Assembly: GCF_009914755.1 (NCBI RefSeq) | Contig: NC_060939.1 | Source of the DNA: the human T2T-CHM13v2.0 reference genome, Homo sapiens | Length of the DNA: 64,000 nt | Reading direction: 5' to 3' (one strand) | Part shown: piece by piece, positions 31,929-45,200 of the stretch | Position numbering within the stretch: the stretch's first letter is position 1 | Layout of the letters: each line of letters opens with the position of its first letter | Notes under the pieces: model-generated | What the model saw: the letters and a program-made list of their open reading frames with translations, nothing else | Database searches by the model: none | Told to the model about the DNA's origin: nothing | Program-made: the position numbers and the translations under genes

Positions 31929-34173
31929 CTATTATTAGTGTTAGTATATTTTATGTGTGGCGCAACACAATTCTTCTTCTTCCAGCGTGGCCCAGGGAAG
32001 CTACAAGATTGGACGACACTCTTTTAATTTTTGTGGCTTAACAAGGTGTTAATTCCTGTATAAATTTCACTGATATTTCTTCTGCTTGATGCAGGAACAC
32101 TTGACAAGTTAGTTAAGGTAGATTGGTCCATAAATTTATAGGTTCTTTCATTCCCATGTCCTAGGCAAGTCTGAGCAGGCCCTGGAAAGCTGATTAAAAG
32201 GCCAGTGAGCACAGTGAGCTTAATTGTAAATTAAATGGATATTTAATACATTAAGAAGGCACTCAAGCCTTTCAATCTTTCATTTTCATCCATGCTTGCT
32301 GTTTGAATCTGATGGGCTTGAAATTGACTTTGTTCTTCTAAAAATGTTGGTTGGTTATTGCTGCCTTTCTCAAGCTTGGTTTTCAGTGTGGATTTCTGCA
32401 GATAATTTTTGCACCTAAAAGTACAAAGTCATTAAGTGAAGATAGTCAGGAAGGAAAGAGTGCCCTGAGCCAGGAGGTCTGTTATAGCGCATGGGGTGGA
32501 CCAGAGAATGAATGGGCATGGGCATGGAGGTGGTTCAGTCAGTGTGGGAAAGCCACTTGCTTGTCAGTTTTCTACTGCGTTGTCCAGCAGAACACGTTGA
32601 AGCTTGGGGCCTGCAACTGGTGTGGAGATGATTGCATTTAGGAGGCTGATGTAGATTTTTTTCCCTCTAAGTGTGTGTTAACTGCCTTTTGGTGAAGTCT
32701 TGATCCGAGACATACACAACTTGATCTGTGAGGATTGTAATATCGAGATGGTTCTGTTATTTGAGTTAGGCATGGCTAGGCTACCAAGGCATTGCTTTTC
32801 AGTCCAAACAGTTGGTCATTTCAATTTCAGTGAGGCTTTTGTGATTTGTTAGAATACAAAGTTTGTTATTTTGTCTGTGTTTTTGCATGTATGAATGACA
32901 CTTTATACTGTTATTTTGCTGGTTAGTATGTGCCTTCATTTACCTATTGTGAGTAAGAAACTTCCTCAGATCAAATTATAGTAAAGTCACTTGGTTCTGT
33001 TTCTCTGACTCTTAAGAGATTGAGATCACTTTATACTCAAACTCAGGGTGTTTGGTAAAGGACCTACCCTTCTGAGCATTTATAGCCTAGATGAAGTCCT
33101 GGTCCAATCACCAAGTTAAACTTTTAAGAACATGCTATTCTTAATGTTCAGGAATTCAACCCTGGAAGCCTTCTCTAAATCTTAATGAGATTTTTATGAG
33201 AATTCATTTAGTGAACATAACAATCAGGGAATCCAGCTATTAACTTTGAGGAGGGTCATGCCTTTTAGTGGTTAGAGAGGCAAGCTGTAGCCTCCCTTCT
33301 CAGAGAAGGGGAATTGAGGAAGAGAGTTCTAGTGGTCCCTTGCAATCCTCCCCTCACTTTCCAGGCTCCCTAGTAAGACTGCAAGAAGTCCCTGAGTAAA
33401 CAGCATTTTGTGAGTTTGAGGGACTACGTAAAAATGTAAGTGAACATACAATGGTTTTGCTTTGATAACTGTTTTAAATATCCTGTTGGTTGTTGAAACT
33501 TCTGTGACAGTGAAGCCTTTTGTCTTTATTTTTCAATCGGAAGATCTTTCTTCCCCACTTGAAAAGATTGAGTCTGGGATCAATTCCTGACCCCGCTTCC
33601 TTCCTAAATCTCTTAGTGTATAGCATACAGCTGGGCATATGGTAATCTCGGGCACGGGATTGTACTCACAGAGCTATGCTTGACACCTAGGACTTTAGGT
33701 GGCTTATATATTTTCGGTGACAACTTTTAATTTTATTCTCATTTATTCCATTTCTGTTTCAGTGTCCTGGGTCATGAAACTTAATCCACAGCAAGCTCCC
33801 TTATATGTGAGTAAATCATGAGATTTCTTATTATTTTGTGTTTATCTGTTCTGCTTACTTGTTATAATAAGCCACACTCTCACATGATAGATCCTCAAGG
33901 AAAATTTTAACCATATGTCCATGAATATATTGGTGTAAGACACTTCAGAAATTGAGTTTGATTTAGTAAATACTAAATGGCTAATCTGTGCATGGAAATG
34001 AAAACAAATAATACCTGTAAGACTTGAGAGTTAATTTAGTCAGGGTAATAGTATGCATGTATGAAACAAATTGTCCTGCCAAACAGTACTGTAGCTTCTT
34101 ATTTTTTACCTGCAGTGCATTCCTGTAAAAGTAGTGTGGAGATCCTCCTACTGCCACTGTGATTTACCTTATG

Positions 34174-34192
34174 TTGCCACTAGGTGGCACTA
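34174..34192 (+). promoter_or_regulatory. CTCF motif
   Basis: TTGCCACTAGGTGGCACTA fits the CTCF core CCASYAGRKGGCRC at every position. Confidence 0.65.
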
Positions 34193-34781
34193 TGTCATTG
34201 GCAAGAGTACTGTTTTCTTTAGGACTCATCTCCCTAAAGTGAGGGACTTCCCTCATTCAGTGGGTTGTCATTTCACTTTCTTGATGCTATCCTTTCAAGC
34301 ACAAAAATTTTCAGTTTTGATAATGTTTTGTTGTTGCTTTTTTTTTTGGCATCATATCTAAGAAGAATTCTTTGCATAACCTAAAGTCACAGAGATTTAT
34401 TCCTATGTTTTCATCTAGGAATTGTATAGGTTTAGTTAGCTCTTACATTTAGGTATGTAATGTGAGAGTTCATTTTTGTGTATTTTGTAAGGGAAGAGTC
34501 CAACTTTTTTCTTTTGCATGTGGATCTCCAGTTGTTCCAGCACCATTTGTTGAAAAGACTGTTCTTTCTCCCATTGAATTGTCTTGGGCATCCTTGTTGA
34601 AATTGATCAGAAGTGTGAGGAATTTTTTCTGGACTCTGAAGTCGATTCCTTTCATTTAGGTTGTTTTTGATTTCTTTCAACAGTGTTTGGTAGTTTTCAC
34701 TGTATAAACTTGGTACTTCCTTGAAATTTGTTGCTTATGGTTTTATTCATTTTGATGGTATTGTTAATTTTGTTATCTTAA

Positions 34782-35085
<304 letters not shown>

Positions 35086-35621
35086 AATTGTTCAGTTTTT
35101 GATTGTTCATTGCTTATATATAGAAATACTGTTGATTTTTGTGTACTGATCCCTGAAACTATAGCCTTGTGTCAGAGATGAGTTACAAACTATAATCTAA
35201 CTTGTTTGGCCACAGTTTTTAAGTGGATGCCTTAGGATTTTCTCTGTACAGGATCAAGTGATCAGAGATCGTTTTCTTCCTTTCCAATCTGGATGCGTTT
35301 TATTTCTTTTTCTTGCCTAATTGCCCTGAGAAGCATGTCTGGTACAACATTGAATAGAAGTGGTGAGCGCAAACATCCTTGTCTTTTCCTGATCTTAAAG
35401 AGAAAGCATCCAAGCTTTCACCAGTAAGTATGATGTTGTTAGGTGTGGGTTTTTCACAGGAATCTTTTGTTAAATGAGGACATTCCCTTCTATTCCTAGT
35501 TTGACTATTTTTATGATGAAAACATGTTGGATTTTGTCAGGTGATCTTTCTGTGTTGAGATGGCCATGTAGGTTTTTTTCCTTTCATTAATGTGATATAT
35601 TACATTGACTCAATTAAATAG

Positions 35622-36280
35622 TTTTTATTTATTTATGGAGATGGGGCCTTGCTCTGTCACCCAGGCTGGAGTGCAGTGACATGATCATAGCTCACAGCAT
35701 CGTGGAACTCCTGGGATCAAGGGATCATCCCACCTCAACCTCCTGAGTAGCTAGGACTACAGATGTGCGCCACCATGCCTGGCTATTTATTTATGTATTT
35801 ATTGAGACAAGGTCTTGCTCTGTCACCCAGCCTGGAGTGCAGTGACATGATCATAGCTCACAGCATCGTGGAACTCCTGGGATCAAGGGATCATCCCACC
35901 TCAGCCTCCTGAGTAGCTAGGACTACAGGTGTGCGCCATCATGCCTGGCTATTTATTTATGTATTTATTGAGACAAGGTCTTGCTCTGTCACCCAGGCTG
36001 GAGTGCAGTGGCGCGACCATGACTCACTGTAGCTGCGATCTCCCAGGCTCAAATGCTCTTCCCACCTCAGCCTCCTGAGTAGCTGGAACCACAGGCATGT
36101 GCACCCATGCCCAGCTATTTGTATTTATTTTTTGTAGAGACGAGATCTGACTATGCTGCCCAGGTTGGGCTCAAGTGATCCTTCCACCTCGGCCTCCCAA
36201 AGTGCTGGGATTACAGTATGAGCCATCCTGCCTGGCCTGTTTTAATTTTTAGAGATAAGGTCTTGCTGTGTTGCCAGGCT
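35622..36280 (-). mobile_element. Nested AluJ cluster containing a 166-bp tandem duplication
   Basis: Right monomer repeated at a period of 166 (anchors CTTGCTCTGTCACCCAG at 35648, 35814, 35980), then a full AluJ to ~36237 and a left-monomer remnant. Confidence 0.9.
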
Positions 36281-36505
36281 ACCTTGGTTGAATTTTTAAT
36301 GTTAAGGCAACCTGGCATTTCTGAGGTAAGTATTATTTGATAATGCTGCACAATCTTTTTTATATGTTGTTGGATTTGTTTTGAAAGTATTTTGAGGACT
36401 CTTGTGTCTATACATAGAGATATGTTCTATAGCTTTCTTGTGATGTCTTTGTCTGGTTTTGAGTATTAAAGGTTTTTGGTTAGGGAACAGTTGTAAATAA
36501 GTAGT

Positions 36506-36991
36506 TGTGTTATACAGAAGGATGGCTTCCCCAAATTTATTCACTTCTTAATCCCTAGAACCTGTGAATATTTACCTTACATGGCAAAAAGAACTTTTCA
36601 TACTTGATTAAGTTGAGGATCTTAAGATGGGAGCTTATTCTGAAATATCTGAGCTTCCCGTTGTAATTACAGGAGTTCTCATGAGTGAGAGGGAGTATCA
36701 GGAGAGTCAGTGGTCAGAGATTTGAAGATGCTACACTGCTGGCTTAGAACATGGAGGAAGGAGCCCATGAGCTACGGAATGCAGCTCTAGAAGCTGGAAA
36801 TAGCAAAAGAACACTTTCTCCACATAGAGACTCTAGAAGGAACACAGCCCTGCTGGCACCTTGATTTTTAAACAAGTGAAAGTCATTTTGGACTTCTGAC
36901 TTCCAGAAATGATATATGATAATAAATTTATGTTGTCTTAAGCCACTGAGTTTGTGATAATTTTTTGTAACAGCAGTAGAAAACTAATAGA
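36506..36991 (+). mobile_element. MaLR solo LTR (MLT1C/D-like)
   Basis: TAATCCCTAGAACCTGTGAATATTTACCTTACATGGCAAAAAG...AAGCCACTGAGTTTGTGATAATT...CAGCAGTAGAAAACTAATAGA; 5-bp TSD GTAGT. Confidence 0.88.
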
Positions 36992-38739
36992 GTAGTAGTT
37001 TGAGAAAATTAGTGATAAAGGATACTTGGGAAGGAAAGGATAAATGCAGTTAGGTCAGTTAGAAACTCTCTGATCTTGCCATCATGGAGCCTGAGAACTT
37101 TAGAGTTAGTAAATACTTTAGCTAATATATGCTTCAACCTCTCCCTTTTAGACATGAGGAAACGAGGTCTGAAGATGTTGTGATAAGATGGCACAGCTAA
37201 TTGGTGGTAAATTGTGAATTGAACCTTTGTTTTCTGGACTTAAGTCATAGAAACCACTGTAAACCTTGTTAAGCTTTAAAAAGTTTCATTCTGTTAGGGA
37301 AGCACAGCTCAGTTCTGAGTAACATAGTTAATACACTAAGTGCTTTGTATATGTTTGTGTTTAATTGACTTGAGCAGGCTCTACTGAAGAATACTTCTTT
37401 AAACTTCAGGATTCAAGTATGTCCATCAACAGTAATACTTAATGGGGCAATATGTTATCTCCTTTTTAAAAGGAGAGTAACAGTGTATTGGATTCTCAGT
37501 GAACTGAGTCAAGTTGCAGGGATTTATGCTGTTTTGGTGAGGAAAAGTAGCTGTTTTATGATGGCTCATTGAGCAGGGTGGTGGGGGAAGTTCTCTGCAC
37601 CTGGACAAAGAAATAAGCAAGAGAACAAAGACTGTGAAGATTTTCATTTAGATCATATTTGGGATCTGCCAGGGGTGAGTATCATCATTAGAAGGGAGAA
37701 TATTGCTGCTAAATAAGGAAAAACACTGTACCCGGAGAAGAACTTTTATCTGTCAGTTAAGACAAATAGGCTGGACTCCAAATAAATATTTTAATCAGAC
37801 TTTGAATAAAGATGTGTCCAGAATACGTTGCAATAGTTAAAAATGTAAGGAAGGTTCCAAAGTGTACAGGTGGCAGTACTGTTGGATGTTTCAATTAAGC
37901 TCTTTTAATGAATTATTTTCAATGAAATGTTCACCATAAAATGTGCAGGACCCTGGCCTGAAACTTTGGAGACCAGTAGCTCAATATGGCTATGCCTTGG
38001 TTTTCCTGTCTGTTAGCTCTGATTGCATGAGTACAACCTTTATGTTAGGCAAGCTAGTTACATCACTAAGTCGGGTTTTTCTCACAGTCGCCACAAAAGT
38101 AATGATTATTGCCAGATGAATTCATAAGAATTGCATTTTCAGTTCCATTTAGTGGTAGTGCTAAAAACTCTGAGTAGCTTAGTAGTATCCTTCTTGGTAT
38201 GAGGGCCTGGATTGTTTAGAGAGAGGAAAGATGGAGAGGCAGTGGCAGATGCAAGAAATATTTCAAAAGAAACAGCAGGGCCAAATGCTTTATTAGACTA
38301 TAGGGAGTGAAAGAGAACCATGAATGACAGTTGATTGAGAACTTGAGTGTGAGTGACAGCTGATGCCATCATTGGGTATAGAGAAGAAGGAGATGATGAT
38401 CTTGTTCTTTACACATGTTAAATAAAGTCACATGGGTATCCTGTTCATAGGTGGAGGTGTGTGCTTGAAACTACAGAGCAAGGAAGTTGGTTTTGAAGTG
38501 AAATCGTTTGAGTCTTCTCTAAGAAATTGATTCTTTTGACACCATGTGACTGTAAGAATAGATGAGCTCTTTGAGAAGCTAAAAGAGTGGATGGAATTAG
38601 TATAGTGGACTGTGGTGTAGAAGACAAAGTGAGTCAAGAAAGGAGTTCCAGAAACCTGGGTTGCATTTTAGCCTTAAACATTTTGTTCCTGGTGTTTCTT
38701 AATTTCACTTATACATCAGGATTGGAAGTAAACTTTGGG

Positions 38740-39240
38740 CTGGAGCTGGGCAATTTATTCTTTTATTCAGGTGCCTTCTTTGTGCCAAGACCTGTTCTGG
38801 ATGCTGGAGATTTAGCCATGAACAAAACAGAAGGTCCCTGCTCTCCTGGTACTTGCATTGTAGTGAGAAGAAGGAAGACAGCAAGATAACATATCAGGAA
38901 GAAAAGTTCTATGAAAATAAATGAAATGGCGATGTGATTGTGCCTGACCAGGGGCTATTTTATCTTGGGTGGTCAGGGAAGGCCTTTGAGGGGCATGTCA
39001 TTTAGGCTGAGACCTGAAGGAGCCAGCATGTGAAGCTCCTAGAAGTGTTCTAGCCCAAGGGAACAAATGCAGAAACTCTAAAATGAGAAGTAGTAACTTA
39101 ATATGTTTGAGGAACAGAACAGTGGCTGGGGCTTAATGAGTGCAAGGGGAAGGGGTCCAATCTCTTCTGCATGAGGTTGGAGATTTAGGGAGGAGATGAG
39201 GAAGAAGCTGGATCTTGTAGGATTTAACAGACCACTGGAT
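38740..39240 (-). mobile_element. L2 3' region
   Basis: GTGCCTTCTTTGTGCCAAGACCTGTTCTGGATGCTGGAG...GGTGGTCAGGGAAGGCCT...GCTGAGACCTGAAGGAGCCAGC. Confidence 0.75.
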
Positions 39241-39530
39241 AATCTCCCTGGGCCTACCTTCCCTCACATCTGAACCCTACTACAGCTCCTATCCCTGTGT
39301 GTACTCAGAAAACATTAGAGCTCCTTCTGGCTTGAGGTCAAGTCAGACCTCTTAGGGATACTGGGATTTATCCTAATGTGGATCTGCTGACCCTGGGCAG
39401 ATGGGATTCTTAGATAGTTTAAACATACATATTTTGGACTACCCTTTTGAGGAAAAAATAGTTTTAGTCCTTTCTAGTTGTCATTAAGATCCACATTTAG
39501 ATATAAATGGATGTTCTTGAATTGAGGAAT

Positions 39531-39604
39531 ATGTATATATTTATATATATTTATTATATATTATATATTATATATATTATATATTTTATATATAATATAT
39601 ATAT
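39531..39604. repeat. AT-rich degenerate (TA)n low-complexity tract
   Basis: Direct read. Confidence 0.9.
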
Positions 39605-40267
39605 TTTAGCAGATTTGGCTCTTATGAGAGGACAGTGTAATAAAGAATACTTCTTTGTTTTTATATTGTTTCATGGCTGGATTGCTTTTTGGGAGGAAAA
39701 AAACTATTTTCAAAACTTGGTACTGTTACTCCATTTGTGAACCTGAATAAGTGGTGTATAATATGATTTAATAGTAGTCCTTTCATTCTCTAGTTTTCTG
39801 TGGGTACTTTACCTGCAGTTGTGTAATTCATTTGCATCACCTGTAACCTTTCTAGTTGACAGCTCCTTAAAAACAAGAGCTCATGTTTGCATAGTACCTC
39901 ATAGTTAAGAAAGCACATTTGCATGCCTTACGTTAATGCATGCAGTGCTCACAGCAGTGTTACCAGTCCCAGAGCAGAGAAAGCTGCATCGTTACTTTCG
40001 TCATACATAAGGAAACGTAAGGTTAAGACGGTTCATCTAGTGAATGGCAGAAGTGGGGCTTTACCCAGAAATGGTTACTCTGAAATTCATTTTCATTCTT
40101 CTATATACCAAGATGTCTTATTACAAATACCAAGTCCACAACTGTTCCATAAGATGCAAACATGTCATAGCACTTAATATTATAGAGACTTGCAGAAATA
40201 AAATCCTTTTAAAGAATAGGTAACCCAAGTTTACTCTTCCATTTCATGTTTTAAAAGATTTAATGGG

Positions 40268-40965
40268 TTTTATTTGAAATAACTCCAAGGCCAAGCACAG
40301 TGGCTCATGCCTGTAATCCTAGTACCTTGGGAGGCCAAGGCAGGAGGATCGCTTGAGCCCACGAGTTCAAGCCTGCAGTGAGCTATGAACATACCACTGC
40401 ACTATAGCCTGGGCTACAGAGCGAGACCCCATCTCAAAAAACAAAACAAAACTTTAAATGTACAGAGAAGTTACAAGAAGAATACAATAACTTCACCTCT
40501 ATCAACTCTTGTTAAATTTAGTCACATTTGCTTATTCTCTGTATTACATATTTTTATTTATTTTAGTCATTTGAAAGTTGCAAACAGTATACTCTGTTCC
40601 CCTTAAATATTTCAGCATATATTTCCTAAGAATGAAGACATTCTGCTTCATAACCACAGTATAATTAACAAAAAACAGGAATTGTAACATTGATGTAATA
40701 CTCTTACATGATGTAAGTCTATATTCACATTTCTCTAATTTTCCCAATAATGTCCATTATAGCACCCTTTTCCTTTTTCAATCCAGGATTTAAACACATT
40801 ATATCTCTTTAGTCTCTTAATTTTATTTTGTAGCATGTTTTGTCATGATTTTGGCAATGGACTACATGAGTGATGTTCTTGGAGTATCACATTAGGAGGA
40901 CACATGATGTATTCTTTTCCAATTATTGGAAGTGTTAACTTTGATACCTTAGTTAAGGTGGTATT
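40268..40965 (-). mobile_element. L1MC-like 3' fragment interrupted by a FRAM
   Basis: TTTTATTTGAAATAAC..ACAGAGAAGTTACAAG; CCCCTTAAATATTTCAGCATATATTTCCTAAGAATGAAGACATTC; ends GTTAACTTTGATACCTTAGTTAAGGTGGT. Confidence 0.75.
40289..40451 (+). mobile_element. FRAM/FAM-like free Alu monomer
   Basis: Single ~150-nt monomer with GCAGTGAGCTATGA, plus A-rich tail. Confidence 0.85.
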
Positions 40966-41250
40966 GAATCTACATAATTTATCTGTTCCAGAGGAATTGG
41001 GCATATAAGAGATGGTATGAGTAGTTGTTCACTTTCCCCCTCTAAAGTTGTTTCTGGTTTGGAGGTATCTTTTGCATATTGGATTTTCCTAAAATGGGGT
41101 ACCCTTGTTCTGCGCAAGGTGTACCCTTGAATATAGGCGAAAGGGCTAATGTCAACAGAGAGCTCATTTTGAGTGATAAATTGCCTGAGGTTTAAGGGGG
41201 CGTTGTCTCTGCCTTTGTGGATACACATGGTTATTTAAGAAATGTAATAC
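40935..41250 (+). repeat. Inverted repeat, left arm (316 bp)
   Basis: Reverse complement of 41924-42239 with 3 mismatches. The twin 91-aa ORFs on opposite strands (40953..41228- and 41946..42221+) mirror this. Confidence 0.97.
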
Positions 41251-41923
41251 TCAGCTGAGCTATAATGACCATTTTTAATATGGAACATAGTAGGCACTTA
41301 GTAAACATTCATTGAGTGAGTGAATGAACTACAGTTTAGATAAGACTACTAAAATTTTAATGAAATTCACTTCATTTTGACAGAGCTACTTTTCTTAAAA
41401 TTGCTCATTTGTTTCCCAGGTTTCATTCATTAATCTGCCTAGCATAGGCCCTGAGTAGCTAGTGATGTCACCTTTGTTACTGAAGGTGTGGCCAACAGGG
41501 AAATGAAGGTGATAACCTTGTCTTTATGGTGCATGTGGAACCTTTGAAACTGTAAGGAAATCCTTACAGCATCCCTGTGAAGTACAGCTGAGTGTGTTTG
41601 ATAGTTTTATTACAGAGATGCATTCTGTGAGATAATATCTTACCTAGTTGAAGAAGCGTACTAGAAATAGTGCCTATATCTCTCCAGTCCTGAATTATCT
41701 TAGTTCTTTTGGGAGTTATAATCTGAGCCATTTGTTTATAGCAAGCCATGTGACTGCTTCTATTTTTTATGAACATAGTACATGCCCCCTTTGTCTCTAG
41801 AGCTCTCCTCACTGTCAAGATACAAAGCATAGTCTTGTCCTAGACGGGGTAAGGGACGAGGGATGCTGTCAGATGATAAAAGAAAAAGCCAAGCACATGA
41901 AGGAAAGGTTGGTATTAAAAAAT

Positions 41924-42239
41924 GTATTACATTTCTTAAATAACCATGTGTATCCACAAAGGCAGAGACAATGCCCCCTTAAACCTCAGGCAATTTATCA
42001 CTCAAAATGAGCTCTCTGTTGACATTAGCCCTTTCACCTATATTCAAGGGTACACCTTGCGCAGAACAAGGGTACCCCATTTTAGGAAAATCCAATATGC
42101 AAAAGATACCTCCAAACCAGAAACAACTTTAGAGGGGGAAAGTGAACAACTACTCATACCATCTCTTATATGCCCAATTCCTCTGGAACAGATAAATTAT
42201 GGAGATTCAATACCACCTTAACTAAGGTATCAAAGTTAA
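41924..42239 (-). repeat. Inverted repeat, right arm (316 bp)
   Basis: GTATTACATTTCTTAAATAACC...AAGGTATCAAAGTTAA is the reverse complement of the left arm. Confidence 0.97.
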
Positions 42240-45200
42240 TGGGCTCTATCTATCACCACTCCCACACTCTAAGCCCTACTGGATCTAGCAACCTAGCAAC
42301 TAGACTCCAGAAACAGTAAATAAATCCTCCCTCAGACTAACAGCTGAAAAGGAAACAAGAGTTTTAGACTTCTGATGAAGGAGGAGGAAAGGGTCTTTGG
42401 ATGCCCCTTATGTCAGGCCCCAGGCTTAGTCTGGAAGAGATCTGTCTAGGCCAGGCCTGAAGCTCTGCAAGGTACAAGGAAATAATAGCTGTCAAGAATT
42501 AGGCGACGTGGATGAATCCCATACTTGATATGCCAGAGAAAGTCACTTCCTCTGTCCTCTCATCATTTTACTACACCCAAGTGAATGTCCCACACTCAGT
42601 TCTACATGTAGGAATGGACTTTATGGGAGAGGTCAGGACTGGTGACGAATTTGATGAGTCATAGGAATCATTGTATGTTAGGAGTGGTTGAGCCCAGTCT
42701 TCCGGAAGAGTGAGGATATTGAACTACAGAGAGAGATTGAGGGAAGTTGCCTGCAGTTTCACAGCAGGTTACGAGAGGTCTGAACAGGTAGCAGAATCTG
42801 CAAATAATTAGCTTATCTGGTGTACAGGAGGCAGGTCCCTAATTGGTTTGAATTTAATACTCAAAGTACATGCGCAGAGAAGTTATAGTATAAGATTCAG
42901 AACAAATGGGCTAAGTAAGAGAAAAAAATGTAGCAATTGGAAGATGAAGAAGAGAGGAATATTCAAAAAGATAGCATTGTGCTCCTTTCTTGGTGGAGTG
43001 AACAGGTGAGGATTATACTGTCTTTATGGATTATAGGTACATTGGAAAATAGTTTACAGTTATTATTTGAAATTCCTCTATAGTGAAGGAAGTAGTCAAG
43101 ATAAAATGTGTTTTGTGACTTTTGATATAGGAAAGTCAGTAATAGCCATCTCAATAAAGTATATGCTCAGCTATTTCATCTTTATACTTAGAGATTCCTC
43201 AAGAGGATGGTTACACATTAGCTCTGGATCAGTGAGAGTAAGACCAAGGCCCTGGAACAGTAAGGCTTTCTCTTGTAAAGCTCAGTTCCCATGGTTCTTT
43301 GATGCTTTTTCTGTGTTAGAATAATGTTCTTTACTGGTTTCCAACATGTTTCGGTGGGCATTGGACCCTTGTGGTTAATGATCTGTGCAGCTGTAACTCC
43401 AGAGTGGCTGGCTCTACAGAACACTGACTCAGATGGCTTGTATTCGATGCTGATAATTCACTAACTAAAACGACTATAAGAACACATTTCAAGAGGAGAA
43501 ATTTGGGGTGCATATCTCAGATTCTTCAGTTATAAACTTGCTTTTTTGTGTCTCTTAAGATTTATGGTCTATTGAACACATCTCTGTGTCTCCCTCAGGA
43601 AAGCCAAACAGCATATTTTTGCCCCTGCAAATTAAACACTTTTTAAAGCCAGTGAGTTACTCAGATGTGAGATTTCAATTTTTTCCAAGGCATGCTCGAA
43701 GGTAATATATGGGATAATAATCATTACCTGCCATATGTTTGGGATAAAACCCACACTTATTAGATTTTCAAGGGGAAGAGCCATTCCAATTATAAAACAA
43801 ATTTCCAGAACCCCAACAGATCTGGTTGATTATGTCGTCCTTCCTCTCTTGTTTTCTCTCAGTACCAAATGTTTTTGCATGTAACTGCTTCTGGGAGGAG
43901 GCAAAACATCCTGATAATAGAAGAGCACCATAAGAAAGAATTATCTGGCACTAGATGCCTTTCTTTATTTAAAATGTGCAAAACAAAATCTCCAGTGATT
44001 TTAAACTGTTTCTATTAGAATAGGGACCGTTCCTTATGATATTGTTCTGTTTTCCCAAGGAAAAGTTAGGGTGCTATTATTGGTTGAGAACCTACTCTTG
44101 GCAAGGAAACATGGCCAGCACTTAATACACATTACCTGATTTAATCATGACAATAGACATATAGGGTTTGGTTATTGTATCCACTTTACAGCCAGGGTGG
44201 ATGGTAGGGTTCGCATCCTGTGAGTGGCTACAAAGCACCCCCACCTCCTTTTTTCCCTCAAAAGCCCATTTAAAGAAGGGAAATCAGAAGAGCGTATCCA
44301 CTGGACTTGCATTTAGATCTCGAGAAAAGCTTATCAGAGTGATTTTCTACCACCACATTGGGTTCCTGTTTACTCCAGACTTACATTTTCAGCCTCCGTG
44401 AAGACTTGGACTTTGCGCGTAGATTAACTTGCTTCTCTGTTTATGCTAATTAAAACAGACCTCAGAAGACGAGCATGCAAACGGAGATACTGTGATTAGG
44501 AGGAGGAGGTTTTAAAATTTTTATCAGTTAAAAAAATTTATTCCTGAACAAGTGTAGTTTGCATAAATAATCAAATTTTTGAAGGGCCACAGAAATTAGG
44601 TTACCTCAGCTTAGTGTTCTCAGTTGCCTCCTTATAGGGAAGACTAATTTGGTAATGGCACAGTTTTATCGTTCTTCCTAGGAAATGCATTTCCACAGCA
44701 GGCTCTGAAATAACCTGGCTGTGCTTCTCACTTGGCTGTTAGGATACATTTTGCTTATACAAAGAGCCTTATCAGCCTCCTGATCTCTTAAATGGATTAC
44801 CTGCCTTTGCCTTAACAATACATTTCTGATAGGTCTGCTCCAGCATCTGTGGGCTGGTGGCCTTGTCCAGCCAGATCTGAGACCTGCCAGAAGAATAAGG
44901 AAATCAAGGGTTCCTCCGTCTAGCTTTTGATGGTTTTACAGAGCAGGAATTTCAGTTTCTTTCTGTTGGACTTTTTAATCAGTTTCCAGAAACTTGCTTT
45001 GAATTTGAAGTTAATGGGCTTTTCATTTGTAAGTAGTATTTTCTCATTTTTCCTTGGCATTTTTAGAACAGACAAAGGTACAAAGGTCAAAGACTTTTCA
45101 GAGCCTTTTTACAGGATACTTTTTCAATAACTGGGTGTTTGCCAAGCTATCACATAACAGTGAGGGGATTAAAATTTCCATTTGGTACTAGTGAAGAGGA

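Noticed and set aside
40953-42221. Twin 91-aa ORFs (MCIHKGRDNAPL...) on opposite strands
   Set aside because: A by-product of the inverted duplication; no recognisable domain, promoter or splice context.
40935-42239. The inverted-repeat unit as a DNA transposon/MITE or an invertase-controlled switch
   Set aside because: No TSD around the unit, no transposase or recombinase, and one arm is continuous with an older L1 fragment.
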